Positions 12,101 to 21,960 of a DNA stretch of 64,000 bases are shown here, one piece after another. Location of the stretch: positions 47,673-111,672 of the forward strand of contig JAJFLZ010000037.1 in assembly GCA_021772435.1 (NCBI GenBank). The letters are read 5' to 3'. Positions within the stretch are counted from its first letter, which is position 1. Every line of letters starts with the position of its first letter. The stretch comes from Chlamydiota bacterium (GTDB taxonomy: Bacteria; Chlamydiota; Chlamydiia; Chlamydiales; JACKPQ01). Below the pieces are notes generated by a model, which saw only the letters and a program-made list of their open reading frames with translations, did no database searches and was not told where the DNA came from. Position numbers and translations under genes: made by a program.

Positions 12101-12758
12101 AACGCAATTTCTTCACGTTAACCAAGTCGGCCTACCTAAAGAGAAATACCCGGTAGGAGAGCTTGTCAACAATCTTTCGCCACTTTTAGAAAAATTCGAT
12201 CTCACAGCTGAAGAACAAGGCCTTTGGTACGCCAGCCTTTCCAATTACGCTTTCTGGTGGCAACGCCTAGGCAATAGAAAAGACCGTATTAAACTCATCG
12301 GTCAAGATAACCTCTTTCAGTATGTTCCACGTAAAAAAGTTGCCATCCGTCTTCAATCTGGGAACAAACCCATCGATTACTTGCGCGTCTTCGCAGCTGC
12401 TCTTACTTGCAACGTTTCTCTTCAAATTTCTTGGGACAAAAACCAAATTAATTTCCCATCGCAGGCAAACTGGCAAGAACTTCTTCCATCCTGCACGTTA
12501 ATCGAAGAAGACGAAAAGCACCTTTTAAAACGCATTAAAAATAACGACATCCGCCGCCTGCGGCTTCTTTCTGCTCCCTCAAAAGACTTGCAAACGCTCT
12601 GCAGTCAAGAAGGCTGCACTATCTGTGCATCCCCAGTCCTTGTCAATGGACGCTACGAGCTCCTAAACTACATCCGCGAAGTCTCCATCTCCGCCAATTA
12701 TCACCGCTATGGCAATCTCGGCATCCGCGAAGGAGAACTCCGCAAACCCACACTTTAA
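9141..12758 (+). CDS. putA: Bifunctional proline dehydrogenase / P5C dehydrogenase PutA
   Basis: PRODH motifs NLDMEEY, RIVKGAN, ASHNLFD, RRLDEN; ALDH motifs PWNFP, AETGGKN, GQKCSA, ELFGPV. Confidence 0.96.
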   Translation: MTEKDSPHLEEAKALLSSVAKTDLTPNRRKKEALNLALFMLREALRLQTRSETKRQAELYQMMHDQRGKAFTSAFTDRCFRSNDSAKIAEQICYLIDTYGLPRYLSPIKKLKLFAFRMLGPSFPRLFVALARRALRKDTENVIVSGDHEALNRHLAKRKSQNIRMNINHLGEAILGEQEAQRRLNLYLHDLSEPSIEYISIKITTIYSQINHLAWEDTLERLSIRLRQLYYTAMQHTYTHLDGTTSPKFVNLDMEEYRDLHLTVAVFKKVLDEPEFLSYSAGIVLQAYLPDSYNKLKELIEWSKERIARGGAPVKVRIVKGANIAMEDVESSISGWERAPYHNKVETDANFKKMLDLSCLPEHATAVNIGIASHNLFDIAYAFILRAERNVEDYVSFEMLEGMCDHIRQVVQNISGSILLYCPTATTADFQNAIAYLFRRLDENTGPDNFLRYSFGLKPGSDEWDIQATMFAESCKEVETVSTAPRRLQNRFDPPVMPEKGSAFENDPDTDFCLPHNRQWAEAIIESWKNKTIDPLPLVIGGQDIHHAPHDGEGYDKSDPSTPAYSYSLATSSEIDQALIVAKGHESYWANLPSLEKCGLFHKLAQVLREKRADLIGSMILDGGKSIIEADGEVSEAIDFAEYYAKSMQKLALTPDLEWSPKGTYLVATPWNFPIAIPAGGIIAALITGNCVLFKPAKETALCGHLLAQCFWEAGIPKTVLQFLLLQNEPEGTNLISDKRLTGAILTGSTKAAQHFLTIRPDLDLAAETGGKNALIITAMADKDQAISDLIHSAFGHNGQKCSAASLAICEKEIYHDASFRRQLRDAAASMPVGSAWDLSSRITPLIRPPNKDLLRGFTTLEPGEEWLLEPKQDSQNPHLWSPGIKLGVKKGSFTHQTELFGPVLGIMCANNLDHAIKLSNGTRYGLTAGIHSLDEREQQKWQKSVVAGNLYINRTITGAIVRRQPFGGTKQSSFGFGAKAGGSNYLTQFLHVNQVGLPKEKYPVGELVNNLSPLLEKFDLTAEEQGLWYASLSNYAFWWQRLGNRKDRIKLIGQDNLFQYVPRKKVAIRLQSGNKPIDYLRVFAAALTCNVSLQISWDKNQINFPSQANWQELLPSCTLIEEDEKHLLKRIKNNDIRRLRLLSAPSKDLQTLCSQEGCTICASPVLVNGRYELLNYIREVSISANYHRYGNLGIREGELRKPTL

Positions 12759-13645
12759 AAACCTTCAGTAATTGGATGCATGTGATTTAAGTCTTTACCC
12801 TCATAGTTGGCAAAACAAGAGTTCGCAGATCGTTTATTTAGTCTGTATTTTTTAGGAAGGATGCGAAAAGCGTCCCTATAAATAATAAGATCGTCATTTG
12901 GTAGATCTGTAAATGATTCGTATAAATCTTTTCTAATTAAAAAAAGATTGATTGTCGCACAAAGCGGTTCGTACCCCATTTCACGAGCCTTATTAATAAC
13001 AAGCTGAAGAGGCTGATTGATATTGCGCAGTACAACTTTTTCAGGAACTTCCTTAGAGAAAAGCGGATGCCAAAATAAATTATTTTCTATGCAAATCACT
13101 TTCGGACGACACTTCAGACCTTTTAAAATATAATAATCAGCACCATCGATATCAATCGATAAAAAATCAATATCTTGGTTTGGAAAATGTTTTTCTTTAA
13201 TTTGATCAAAAAATATACCTGCTTGATTATTATTTCTCCATTTTACAAAATAATTGAGGCACAAAATATTCGGGGCAGTCTCATAATTCTTTCTAAGTTT
13301 GTTAAACCATGTCTTATCTTGCTCAATATAAGCGCCGTCCCACCCCTTTTCGTAAAGCTTACGTGTATTAGAAAGGTAAATGCCATCACAACCACCGAAC
13401 TCAACAAAAAATCCTTTACTAATATTCAGACGGCGAAAAATCTCTTCAATAATTCCATCTTCACCAAACTGCGAATATTCCCACGACGCAAAATGATTTA
13501 AACTGTTTGGTGAAATCCGGTGTTTATTCTCGTAAAATGCTTTTTCAGTATTGCTCTTGTATTCTTGAGCTGTCCCTTTGCTCAAGAGTAAACAAGAAGA
13601 TACAGCTGTCAAACACAATATGCTTTTAAATGTCACCATACGCAT
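12755..13645 (-). CDS. Secreted FkbM/Methyltransf_21-like SAM methyltransferase, paralog 1
   Basis: YSQFGEDG, FVEFGGCDG...SNT, LSIDIDG, PKVICIE; N-terminal signal peptide. Confidence 0.8.
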   Translation of the reverse strand: MRMVTFKSILCLTAVSSCLLLSKGTAQEYKSNTEKAFYENKHRISPNSLNHFASWEYSQFGEDGIIEEIFRRLNISKGFFVEFGGCDGIYLSNTRKLYEKGWDGAYIEQDKTWFNKLRKNYETAPNILCLNYFVKWRNNNQAGIFFDQIKEKHFPNQDIDFLSIDIDGADYYILKGLKCRPKVICIENNLFWHPLFSKEVPEKVVLRNINQPLQLVINKAREMGYEPLCATINLFLIRKDLYESFTDLPNDDLIIYRDAFRILPKKYRLNKRSANSCFANYEGKDLNHMHPITEGF

Positions 13646-13647
13646 GG

Positions 13648-14532
13648 TTAAAAGTTCTCCGTAATGGGATGTTGATGGTTTAATTCTTTTCCTTCTAGAC
13701 GAAAGAAATGTTCTTGTTTTTTCCTTAGATTCACCATTTTATCTTTTCCGTGAAAAACACGAAAAGCATCTCTCCAAAGTGTCAATGTGTCGTTTGGCAC
13801 CATTTTAAACGGTTGATACAGATCTTTTCTTACAAGAAAGAGATTAATCGTCATGCAAACTGGTTCATAACCCATCTTTTTTGCTGCGCTTATCAAAACG
13901 GCTAAGGGTTGTTGGTTATTTTTCAAAGCAATGTTTGCTGGGACCTCTTTGGTATACAAAGGGTGCCACTTTAAATTGTTTTCGATACAAATCACTTTCG
14001 GACGGCATTTCAGGCTTTTCAGTATATAGTAATCAGCGCCATCGACATCTATGGATAAAAAGTCAATTTCTTGGCTAGGGAAATGCCTCGCCTTAATATC
14101 ATCAAATAAAACTCCATTTCCTGCATTTCCCTCCCACGAAACAAAATAGTCAAGAGTTTGGACCCCGCTATCTACTGGGTAATTTTTTTGCAGGTTGAGA
14201 AAATCTTTCCTATTTGGCTCGATGTAAACACCTTTCCAACCCTGTTCCCATAAGTGTCTGGTATTAGAAACAAAAATTCCATCCGCAGCACCAAACTCTA
14301 CAAAAAAACCTTGAGTAATATTTAAACGATTAAAAATTTCTTCGATGATTCCATCTTCGCCGTATTGAGAGTATTTCCATTTTGCATAACGATTTAAACT
14401 TTCAGGCGAGATTCGATGCATATTTTGCTCTAAAGAGCGCTTGCTTTTTTCTTGCCAACGGTGAGGAGCAGCATTGCAAACCGAAACAAGGCAGATGAAA
14501 AATAAAATGAATCTTTTTTTGGAATTAAGCAC
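13648..14532 (-). CDS. Secreted FkbM/Methyltransf_21-like SAM methyltransferase, paralog 2
   Basis: YSQYGEDG, FVEFGAADG, LSIDVDG; signal peptide; GTG start with GGAGG SD. Confidence 0.8.
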   Translation of the reverse strand: MLNSKKRFILFFICLVSVCNAAPHRWQEKSKRSLEQNMHRISPESLNRYAKWKYSQYGEDGIIEEIFNRLNITQGFFVEFGAADGIFVSNTRHLWEQGWKGVYIEPNRKDFLNLQKNYPVDSGVQTLDYFVSWEGNAGNGVLFDDIKARHFPSQEIDFLSIDVDGADYYILKSLKCRPKVICIENNLKWHPLYTKEVPANIALKNNQQPLAVLISAAKKMGYEPVCMTINLFLVRKDLYQPFKMVPNDTLTLWRDAFRVFHGKDKMVNLRKKQEHFFRLEGKELNHQHPITENF

Positions 14533-14657
14533 TCTAGCCTCCTGCAGCTTGATTAATTTAAGTAGCCGTTGTACGCCTCTTGTAAATGTTTTGCAAAGAT
14601 TATTTTAGACTAGAGAGAAGTTTGCATGATTAATATGTGATTGCCCATAATGGCCAT

Positions 14658-16766
14658 ATGGTTTTACAACAAAACAACCCGCAGCAGCAAGAAGCTGTTC
14701 AACACATTGAAGGTCCCTTGCTCATCCTAGCCGGGGCTGGAACTGGAAAAACGCACATTGTCACATCACGCATTGCCCACTTAATAGATATCGGAGTTCC
14801 TGCCGCTGAAATTTTGGGATTAACATTCACAAATAAAGCAGCTTTAGAGATGAAACGCCGCGTTAAATCGATGACTCAACGCGAAGTATTGACATGCACT
14901 TTTCATTCACTTACTGCCCGTTTGTTACGTGAATCTATATTTCATCTTGGTTATAAAAACGACTACACAATTTACGATGCTGACGATAGCCTTCAGCTGA
15001 TTAAAAACTGCGTAAAAACGCTTGAGTTAAAGGAGGAGAAAGGAATCGCTCGGACTCTTCAAACCGCCATCTCAAACGCCAAAAATGAACTTTTAGAGCC
15101 GCGTGATATTCCAGAAGGTCGCGACAAACTTGGCCAAGCGCTCAAAGCTGTCTACGTGCTCTATCAGCAAAAATTGCAGGAATATAACGCTCTTGATTTT
15201 GATGATCTGCTCTTTTTGACCGTCAAACTTTTTGATCTTTTTCCAGACGTATTAAATCATTATCAAAATAGATGGTCATTTATTCTCGTTGATGAATATC
15301 AGGACACGAACCAGGCACAGTACCGCATCATTCAAGCCCTAGCTGCTAAGCATCAAAACGTCTGTGTTGTTGGAGATCCCGACCAGTCAATCTATTCTTG
15401 GCGCGGTGCTAATATCAAAAACATTCTCAATTTCAAATCCGACTATCCCCAGGCTACTGTCATTAAGTTGGAGCAGAACTATCGCAGCACCAACACGATT
15501 TTAAATGCCTCAAACACTCTCATTACTCACAATCAAAGCCGCATGGAAAAAACTCTGTGGAGCAGCCTTGGAGACGGAGAAAAAATCGGATTGTTTCTTG
15601 CTGAAACAGATGGACAGGAAGCTGAATTTGTTCACGAAAAACTGATGTACCACAAAAGAGAGCACGGTATTTGCTTAAAGGATATGGTCATTTTTTATCG
15701 CACGAATGCCCAATCTCGTATTTTCGAAGATATGCTTTTAAAATACGATATTCCCTACGTGATTGTCGGGGGAGTTTCATTCTACCAGCGACGAGAAATT
15801 AAAGATGTTTTGGCTTACCTACGCATGCTCGTTTCCGATTCGGATTTTTTATCCTTTGCAAGGTCTATCAACCTCCCAAAACGAGGCATCGGACCAAGTA
15901 CCCTTGCCAAACTTGCCCATATTGCCGAGACGACGACAACGCCCATTCTTACTTTATGTAAAAACCTGCCCTTGCAATTGAAGCTGACAAAAAGACAGCA
16001 AGAGGGTCTTTCTGGTTATTTATCAACGATTTCCACGTTGAGAGATAAACTTAACCTATCTATTGAAGACCTCATTATTTCAGCAATTGAAGATACTGGT
16101 TATTTGCAAGTCCTCAAAGAAGATCCTGAAAGCATGGAAGATCGCAAAGCTAACTTAGATGAGCTGATCACAAAAGGTATCGAATGGGGCAAAGACCGAG
16201 AAAACCCCACTTTACTTGCCTTTTTAGAAGAGCTTAGTCTAGCCAGCTCCGCAGATCAATCTTTTGATGGAGATGCGATCCAACTCATGACGCTGCATAA
16301 TGGGAAAGGCCTCGAATTTCCAGTCACTTTTATCGTTGGCCTAGATGAAGGTTTGTTCCCTCATATCAATAGCCTTGATTCACCAGAGGATTTAGAAGAA
16401 GAGCGCCGTCTTTGTTATGTGGGAATGACAAGAGCAAAACAACATCTTTATCTTTCTGCAGCCAGGTACCGTTACATGTGGGGAACACCTCGGTACATGC
16501 AACCTAGTCGGTTTTTATCTGAAATATCGCGTGAATTCATCATTGACTATAGTGAAACATCGACTTTTGACGACGCATCATTCGTTGATGAAGATGAGCA
16601 ACAAGGATACCCACCTGGAACGCTTGTTTCCCACAGAGATTTTGGCATGGGAACTGTTAAACACTCCTATGCCACATCGCATGGACTAACTTATGATGTC
16701 TTCTTCTCTAGTACTAGCACCACTCGCTCGCTTGTCGCAAAATTCGCCAAGCTAAAAAAATGCTAA
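14658..16766 (+). CDS. uvrD: UvrD/PcrA SF1 DNA helicase
   Basis: AGAGTGKT, VDEYQDTN, VGDPDQSIYSWRGA, LEQNYRST, EEERRLCYVGMTRA. Confidence 0.97.
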   Translation: MVLQQNNPQQQEAVQHIEGPLLILAGAGTGKTHIVTSRIAHLIDIGVPAAEILGLTFTNKAALEMKRRVKSMTQREVLTCTFHSLTARLLRESIFHLGYKNDYTIYDADDSLQLIKNCVKTLELKEEKGIARTLQTAISNAKNELLEPRDIPEGRDKLGQALKAVYVLYQQKLQEYNALDFDDLLFLTVKLFDLFPDVLNHYQNRWSFILVDEYQDTNQAQYRIIQALAAKHQNVCVVGDPDQSIYSWRGANIKNILNFKSDYPQATVIKLEQNYRSTNTILNASNTLITHNQSRMEKTLWSSLGDGEKIGLFLAETDGQEAEFVHEKLMYHKREHGICLKDMVIFYRTNAQSRIFEDMLLKYDIPYVIVGGVSFYQRREIKDVLAYLRMLVSDSDFLSFARSINLPKRGIGPSTLAKLAHIAETTTTPILTLCKNLPLQLKLTKRQQEGLSGYLSTISTLRDKLNLSIEDLIISAIEDTGYLQVLKEDPESMEDRKANLDELITKGIEWGKDRENPTLLAFLEELSLASSADQSFDGDAIQLMTLHNGKGLEFPVTFIVGLDEGLFPHINSLDSPEDLEEERRLCYVGMTRAKQHLYLSAARYRYMWGTPRYMQPSRFLSEISREFIIDYSETSTFDDASFVDEDEQQGYPPGTLVSHRDFGMGTVKHSYATSHGLTYDVFFSSTSTTRSLVAKFAKLKKC

Positions 16767-16770
16767 TATC

Positions 16771-16800
16771 TTGACATTGTTGCCAAATTTCTCTTAAAGT
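16771..16800 (+). promoter_or_regulatory. Putative sigma66/sigma70 promoter for the GT11-like gene
   Basis: TTGACA-N18-TAAAGT, 24 bp upstream of the ATG at 16825. Confidence 0.5.
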
Positions 16801-16824
16801 TTTTTATAAAAACCAGGGATCTCC

Positions 16825-17772
16825 ATGCTCAGAAGTTTAATTTTGATTTGTTGTACCTTAGCTACCCTCTCAGCTACAGAAAGAAGAACGATCCAATTCC
16901 GCTTAGGAACTAGTTTACGAGAGTTTTTTGCTTTTAAGTTTCAAGCTGCATGCCAAAACAAACCCGAAGCGATTTATCAAAAGCCTTTCTTAAAACAGAG
17001 CGCTATCGATAAAAAATTCATTCAATTGCTCAATGAAAAATTCTCTTTATCAGAATCTCAATTGGAAAAAATAAAGCAAATTCCCGCTAAATACATATGG
17101 AACCCACATAATTGGAACTCATACGTTTGGGATCATTCAAAATCCTATTCAGACTATCATATGCTTATTAGTGAAATTGCGCAAAAAATCATCCCTCAAG
17201 CTCTAGAAGAATTACAGCTAAAGCCCCTTAATTGCCTACCGGTTATTCATTATAGATTAAGTGATGTTCCTTTTTGCCGAAATATGGCGCACCATCTTCA
17301 ATATTATGCATTTTATGATGCGGCGTTAAATCGCTTACAGCGGCAAGGAGTCGATGTAAGTAAAATACTCATTTTATACTCATTTCGGCATATTACTTTT
17401 AATCATGGGCTCTCTAACAAAAAATTTGAAGATGTCAATCGTGAGTACTTGAACGATTTTATAAAATATCTACATAGCCGAGGTCACGAAGTTATTGTTC
17501 AATCAAATTCAACCCTTGAAGATTTTGCGACGATGGTTTTTGCTCCGGGTTTGATTGGCAGCGAAAGTGCTTTTTCTTTGTTTGCTGGTTTAGCTAACAA
17601 GGGCTGCTATATTTCTCCGCCATTGGGGAAAGAAATTGGAGATCATCACAAAACAGTAACCAACTGTCCATTTATATTACCTATGAAACCTCTTTTACAT
17701 TGCCAAGTAAGTAATTACTATAATTTGAAGGATGTCTTTGAGAAGCTTCGCATAAATCCTTGCTCTTCATAA
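16825..17772 (+). CDS. Secreted GT11-like (alpha-1,2-fucosyltransferase-like) protein
   Basis: RLGT, VIHYRLSD (HxRxxD motif), EDFATM...GSESAFSLFAG; signal peptide. Confidence 0.6.
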   Translation: MLRSLILICCTLATLSATERRTIQFRLGTSLREFFAFKFQAACQNKPEAIYQKPFLKQSAIDKKFIQLLNEKFSLSESQLEKIKQIPAKYIWNPHNWNSYVWDHSKSYSDYHMLISEIAQKIIPQALEELQLKPLNCLPVIHYRLSDVPFCRNMAHHLQYYAFYDAALNRLQRQGVDVSKILILYSFRHITFNHGLSNKKFEDVNREYLNDFIKYLHSRGHEVIVQSNSTLEDFATMVFAPGLIGSESAFSLFAGLANKGCYISPPLGKEIGDHHKTVTNCPFILPMKPLLHCQVSNYYNLKDVFEKLRINPCSS

Positions 17773-17819
17773 GAAATACCTTTTTTGTTATTTAAATAAA
17801 TAAACAATCTTTTATTTTT

Positions 17820-19070
17820 ATGACGCGAAATCAAAATATTTACAACAAACAGCAGCAGCGACTTGTCATGACGCTCGGAATGCGCCAAGCTATTGAAGTG
17901 CTGCAAATGCCCACATGCGAGCTCTCTGATTGGCTAAGTGATCAAATCAACCAAAATCCTCTGCTTGAGCCTAAAAGTAATAGCACATACATTCCAGAAT
18001 ACCCCCAAAATGAAGCAGCAGTCCAAGAAACACTGGATGATTTTTTAAAGAAAGAATTTATGATTCTTTTCTCATCACAAACTGAAAGAGCTATAGCTGA
18101 GAAAATATGCGGCTTTTTAGATCACAGAGGCTTTCTTACTTCTACCCATGAAGACATCGCAACATTTTGCGGGACGCATACCAAAACAATCGAATCGGTA
18201 GCCTATCTAATCAGTCAGTTAGATCCTCCAGGAATTGCTGCATTAAATGTTCAACATTCGCTTTTACTACAGCTTGAAAAGAAAAATAGTCAAAACAGTT
18301 TAGCGTACAGAATCATTCAAAACCACTGGGATTGGCTCATCCAATCGAAACACACAAAGCTATGCCAACACTACAAGATCAAACACCAAGAACTATTATC
18401 TTTGATCAACAATGAAATACGTCTATTAAATCCCTCTCCTGGATCGATTTTTCAGCCTAGCGAAAATCGAGCCATTACAATCGACTTAGAAATCTCGGAT
18501 ATAAATGGCCAGCTTTATCTTGAAGATGCTGATGCAGAATTACCCAAATTTGAGATTCAGAGCGGTTATCTCAAACAAGTTGCAGATGAACCGTTTGTCA
18601 GATCCTGGCTAGCGCGTGGCAAATGGCTAAACCGCATTATCTCAAGGCGCAATCAACTGCTGAAAAAAGTTGGTCACCTCATTATCAAGCACCAAAAGCA
18701 GTATTTACTCGGAGTATCAGCTTCTCCTTCATTTCTTTCTTTTGCAGATATGGCAGACGAGCTTGAAATCTCCTACACAACAGCTACCCGCATCCTAAAA
18801 AACAAATTCATTTCCACACCTCGCGGAATTTTACCTTTAGGTTTTTTTACAACGGGGGTCAAGCTCGATAAAGATCATCACATTGATTCGGTTTTCCAAG
18901 CTCTTTTGTCATGCGTGCAATCTGAAGATAAAAATGCACCACTTAGCGACCTGCATATTGCAGAACATCTCAGTAAAAACGGCATCGAAATTTCAAGACG
19001 TACCGTTGCTAAATATCGCGCTAAACTGAATATTCCATCAGTTTTTTCTAGAAAACAAATCTCTTCTTAA
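17820..19070 (+). CDS. rpoN: RNA polymerase sigma-54 factor
   Basis: Gln-rich region I (QQQRLVMT..MRQAIEVLQMP), NPLLE, PLSD, RpoN box SRRTVAKYR. Confidence 0.95.
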   Translation: MTRNQNIYNKQQQRLVMTLGMRQAIEVLQMPTCELSDWLSDQINQNPLLEPKSNSTYIPEYPQNEAAVQETLDDFLKKEFMILFSSQTERAIAEKICGFLDHRGFLTSTHEDIATFCGTHTKTIESVAYLISQLDPPGIAALNVQHSLLLQLEKKNSQNSLAYRIIQNHWDWLIQSKHTKLCQHYKIKHQELLSLINNEIRLLNPSPGSIFQPSENRAITIDLEISDINGQLYLEDADAELPKFEIQSGYLKQVADEPFVRSWLARGKWLNRIISRRNQLLKKVGHLIIKHQKQYLLGVSASPSFLSFADMADELEISYTTATRILKNKFISTPRGILPLGFFTTGVKLDKDHHIDSVFQALLSCVQSEDKNAPLSDLHIAEHLSKNGIEISRRTVAKYRAKLNIPSVFSRKQISS

Positions 19071-19084
19071 CGTAACCTTGATCT

Positions 19085-20008
19085 ATGAAATATTTGATTC
19101 TCATTTGCATAGTTTGCAAGTGTCTCTATGCAGATTTCTTTCCTTTCGAAGAGGGCTTTCCTCAGAAAACTATTCCGTCTAAATTAAAAAACCCAGAAAA
19201 CTTCATTGCTGCATACGAAAACAACCACTTTGAAAAAACGCAACCTAGTGAAAACCCGCGCATTCCAAAAATCATTCATCACATTTGGCTAGGATCACCA
19301 CTCCCAGAAACTTTTAAAAGATATGTAGATTCATGGAAAGAATATCACCCAGGTTGGGAGCATAAGCTTTGGACTGATGCAGATATTGGCTCTTTTCCAC
19401 TCGTAACCGGCAATTTGATAAACAAAGCCCATAACTATGGCCAGAAATCAGATATACTGAGAATAGAGATTTTGTATAAATTTGGCGGCTTATATGTTGA
19501 TACTGACTTTTTATGTTTAAAGCCGCATGATGTCATACACCACACTTGTGACTTCTATGCAGGAATGTTTGATAAAGATGTCTTGACGGGCATCATTGGT
19601 TCCTGTCCAGAACATCCCATCTTAGAAAACTACTTAAAATCGATGAAAAAATGTCGTTGTTTTGAAGCTAGAGCCGGCGAACAAGATATTAGAAAGGCTA
19701 TTGATGTCTTGAAAGCTACCGGCCCTTATCTATTTACTGATCTGATTACTCAGCATCTTTCCAAAGATATTTCCGGCATCATTCTGTTCCCCAACATTTA
19801 TTATTATCCCTTTCCAGGCAAATTGCGCCACGCATTTTGGTCAAAAGAAAATTTTGATGTCATAAAACAGTACCTATCAGAACATGCATTAGCAGTTCAC
19901 CTTTGGGCAACCTCTTGGCATAACGTTCGAAGCCCACTACAAAAAACTCAAATATGTAAACAACCCCTATCCAAATCATTAAAGTTCGAAAAAGACAAGG
20001 AAAAATGA
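19085..20008 (+). CDS. Secreted GT32 (OCH1-like DxD) glycosyltransferase
   Basis: IPKIIHHIWLG, SDILRIEILYKFGGLYVDTD, TGPYLFT, HLWATSW; signal peptide. Confidence 0.9.
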   Translation: MKYLILICIVCKCLYADFFPFEEGFPQKTIPSKLKNPENFIAAYENNHFEKTQPSENPRIPKIIHHIWLGSPLPETFKRYVDSWKEYHPGWEHKLWTDADIGSFPLVTGNLINKAHNYGQKSDILRIEILYKFGGLYVDTDFLCLKPHDVIHHTCDFYAGMFDKDVLTGIIGSCPEHPILENYLKSMKKCRCFEARAGEQDIRKAIDVLKATGPYLFTDLITQHLSKDISGIILFPNIYYYPFPGKLRHAFWSKENFDVIKQYLSEHALAVHLWATSWHNVRSPLQKTQICKQPLSKSLKFEKDKEK

Positions 20009-20120
20009 CCCGAATGAAACTATTGCACGTATTCCTAGTCTTCGGTAAAGACCTTCCAATTTTAGCTCGGCTCTTTTTTGCATGTAAAAAAATAAATCAA
20101 AGTACAACATAGGATACTCT

Positions 20121-21086
20121 ATGCTAAAAAACGAATTTAATATGTCTTTGTCGAAATTATTTCGCTATGTGATTACAAACGCATGTGAGCTGAAATACAT
20201 TATAAAACAATCTGCTCTAGGAGTTTTCCTATTATCAGCAATCTTGTTTAATGTTGTTGAGGCTAAATTACTAAAAGGTCCTCAAAACTGCAAAAATGCT
20301 TTTCTCCTTAACAAACATCGCCTTTCTCCGAATAGTTTAAATCATTTTGCGTCATGGAAGTATTCACAGTTTGGCGAAGATGGAATTATTGAAGAGATTT
20401 TTCGCCGTTTGAATATCAATAAAGGGTTTTTTGTTGAATTTGGTGGTTGCGATGGAATTTACCTTTCTAATACTCGTAAACTTTACGAAAAGGGATGGGA
20501 CGGTGCTTATATTGAGCAAGATATAAAATGGTTTAATAAACTTAGAAAAAATTATAAGACTGCCCCGAATATCTTATGTCTTCATAATTTTGTTCATTGG
20601 AATGAAAAATCTCCAAAAGGCATGACTTTTGATGCAATAAAGGCAAAGCATTTTCCCAACCGAGAAATTGACTTCTTGTCTATAGACATCGATGGATGCG
20701 ATTATTATATCTTAAAAAGTTTAAAGTGCCGACCAAAAGTGATTTGTATCGAAAATAATTTATTTTGGCATCCTCTCTATGACAAAGAAGTTCCCCAAGG
20801 CATCGCGCAAAAAAATATTAACCAGCCTCTTCAAGTCGTAATTAATAAAGCAAAAGAAATGGGTTATGAACCTGTTTGCGCAACTATTAATTTGTTTTTA
20901 GTTAGACGCGATTTATATGAGCCTTTTCAAGCTGTGCCAAATGACACTCTCACAATTTGGAGAGATGCCTTCCGAACTTTTGGGCATAAACAATATACCC
21001 TTAACATGCGCAAGACTCATTCGTACTTTATGGATTACGAAGGCCAAGCCCTAAATGATAGACATCCCTTAACTTTAGATTATTGA
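20121..21086 (+). CDS. Secreted FkbM/Methyltransf_21-like methyltransferase, paralog 3 (start uncertain)
   Basis: Core nearly identical to 12755..13645; hydrophobic leader ending VEA. Confidence 0.8.
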   Translation: MLKNEFNMSLSKLFRYVITNACELKYIIKQSALGVFLLSAILFNVVEAKLLKGPQNCKNAFLLNKHRLSPNSLNHFASWKYSQFGEDGIIEEIFRRLNINKGFFVEFGGCDGIYLSNTRKLYEKGWDGAYIEQDIKWFNKLRKNYKTAPNILCLHNFVHWNEKSPKGMTFDAIKAKHFPNREIDFLSIDIDGCDYYILKSLKCRPKVICIENNLFWHPLYDKEVPQGIAQKNINQPLQVVINKAKEMGYEPVCATINLFLVRRDLYEPFQAVPNDTLTIWRDAFRTFGHKQYTLNMRKTHSYFMDYEGQALNDRHPLTLDY

Positions 21087-21225
21087 GAATTATTATTTTA
21101 ATGTATCATTCAATAAGAAAAAAACAGCAATACTTTTCCCCAAAGTTTCGACACCGCTTTTGGAAAAATCAGAAATTTAATGTGTTAAAACCATTTCTTC
21201 CTGATTATGCTTTTGCAGTACATTT

Positions 21226-21960
21226 ATGGGCATCTTCATGGGTAAAATAATGGCACAATGTTTTGTGTTACTACTACTTCTATCAAATTTATATGCCGAT
21301 AAGCACGATGACGAGTTAAATTTAGTCAAAAAATATCTAAAAAAAGATCCTATCATTCTGGAAGCAGGTGCTCATGATGGAACAGATTCGGTTAAAATGA
21401 TCAAAAAATGGCCTAAAGCCACTATTCATGCTTTTGAACCGCGCCCTGACGTTTATCGAATATTATGCAAAAGAACCAAAAAGTATAAAAAGGTTCATAC
21501 TTACCAGCTTGCATTGGGAGAGCGAAGTTGTCGCCAAACGCTTTATCTAAGCTCCTCGACTCAACCTAATCAAATATGTGATGCTCAAAGTTCTTTATTT
21601 CCTCCAGATAAGACAAATTGGCCTAAAGAACTGGATGAAAAAATTCAATTCGATCAAGGCATACAAGTCAAAGTAAGATCATTAGATGATTGGGCACGCA
21701 ATAATCGCATTAGTCAAATAGATTTTCTCTGGTTAGATTTGCAGGGGAACGAATTTCAAGTTTTAAATGCATCCCCTTATGCCATGTCACGCGTTTCGGT
21801 AATCAAAACAGAGGTTTCAGAAAAACCTCTGTACAAAGGAACTCTGCCATATGCTCAATATAAAAAATGGCTTCAAGAGAAGGGCTTTGTTTGTATTCAA
21901 GACTGTAATGAGTTCCATGGTGATGCGATTTTTGTCAGAAAAACCTTAGTGCATCATTGA
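21226..21960 (+). CDS. FkbM family methyltransferase with signal peptide
   Basis: ILEAGAHDG, HAFEP, IDFLWLDLQGNE, IKTEV, GDAIF. Confidence 0.88.
   Translation: MGIFMGKIMAQCFVLLLLLSNLYADKHDDELNLVKKYLKKDPIILEAGAHDGTDSVKMIKKWPKATIHAFEPRPDVYRILCKRTKKYKKVHTYQLALGERSCRQTLYLSSSTQPNQICDAQSSLFPPDKTNWPKELDEKIQFDQGIQVKVRSLDDWARNNRISQIDFLWLDLQGNEFQVLNASPYAMSRVSVIKTEVSEKPLYKGTLPYAQYKKWLQEKGFVCIQDCNEFHGDAIFVRKTLVHH

Noticed and set aside
17820-19070. Sigma54 -24/-12 promoters in the window
   Set aside because: No convincing TGGCAC-N5-TTGC was found in the intergenic regions inspected by eye
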